Part shown: positions 63,839 through 64,000 of the stretch, one piece after another
How positions within the stretch are numbered: position 1 is the stretch's first letter
Layout: every line of letters starts with the position of its first letter
From: Callorhinchus milii
Lineage: Eukaryota
NCBI RefSeq assembly: GCF_018977255.1
Contig: NW_024704743.1
Coordinates: 60,266,001-60,330,000, forward strand
DNA length: 64,000 bases
Reading direction: 5' to 3'
Notes under the pieces: model-generated
Databases searched by the model: none
The model's input: the letters and a program-made list of their open reading frames with translations, nothing else
What the model was told of the DNA's origin: nothing
Position numbers and translations under genes: made by a program

Positions 63839-64000
63839 GATAATAATAATAATAATCCTTGCATTTGATATAGCGCTTTTCACGTCGGGAGGACGTCCCA
63901 AAGCGCTTCACAGAACACACTGTCAAGTGAATTGACTGTATATTTGTGGGCGAACGCGGCAGCCAATTGCGCACAGCAATGGCCCACAAACAGTCGAAGA
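63839..64000 (-). mobile_element. SINE family A 3' part (runs off the window)
   Basis: taataataatccttgcatttgatatagcgc...ggcagccaattgcgcacagc. Confidence 0.88.

Overview
Eukaryotic (vertebrate) genomic DNA, most likely a cartilaginous fish; this is inferred from the CR1/L2 LINE and DeuSINE-type repeat content and the protein divergence, and is not proven. The window holds two convergent (tail-to-tail) spliced genes in the human arrangement. SGCE (epsilon-sarcoglycan, + strand) is present from exon 2 to the last exon (8458-~32610); exon 1 is upstream of the window. CASD1 (sialic acid O-acetyltransferase, - strand) is present from exon 3 to exon 18 (63584 down to 41635, with a probable ~3.9 kb 3'UTR); exons 1-2 lie beyond the window end. 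I read all exons by hand: the constitutive exons have GT-AG boundaries and consistent phases, and numbering follows the human genes from memory. Introns are full of decayed L2 and CR1 fragments, at least three tRNA-derived SINE families and two palindromic MITE-like families, often nested. Most ORFs in the supplied track are repeat-derived or spurious. Best leads: (1) a 35-nt SGCE exon 11b with a GC donor that makes the last exon dual-coding; (2) an unannotated-looking 105-nt phase-1/phase-1 SGCE exon in intron 1; (3) no N-glycosylation sequon in the visible SGCE ectodomain; (4) a palindromic element with hammerhead-ribozyme cores; (5) a hairpin-masked candidate poison exon; (6) a 41-bp hairpin in a CASD1 intron; (7) a CTCF motif between the genes. 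Repeat boundaries are approximate.
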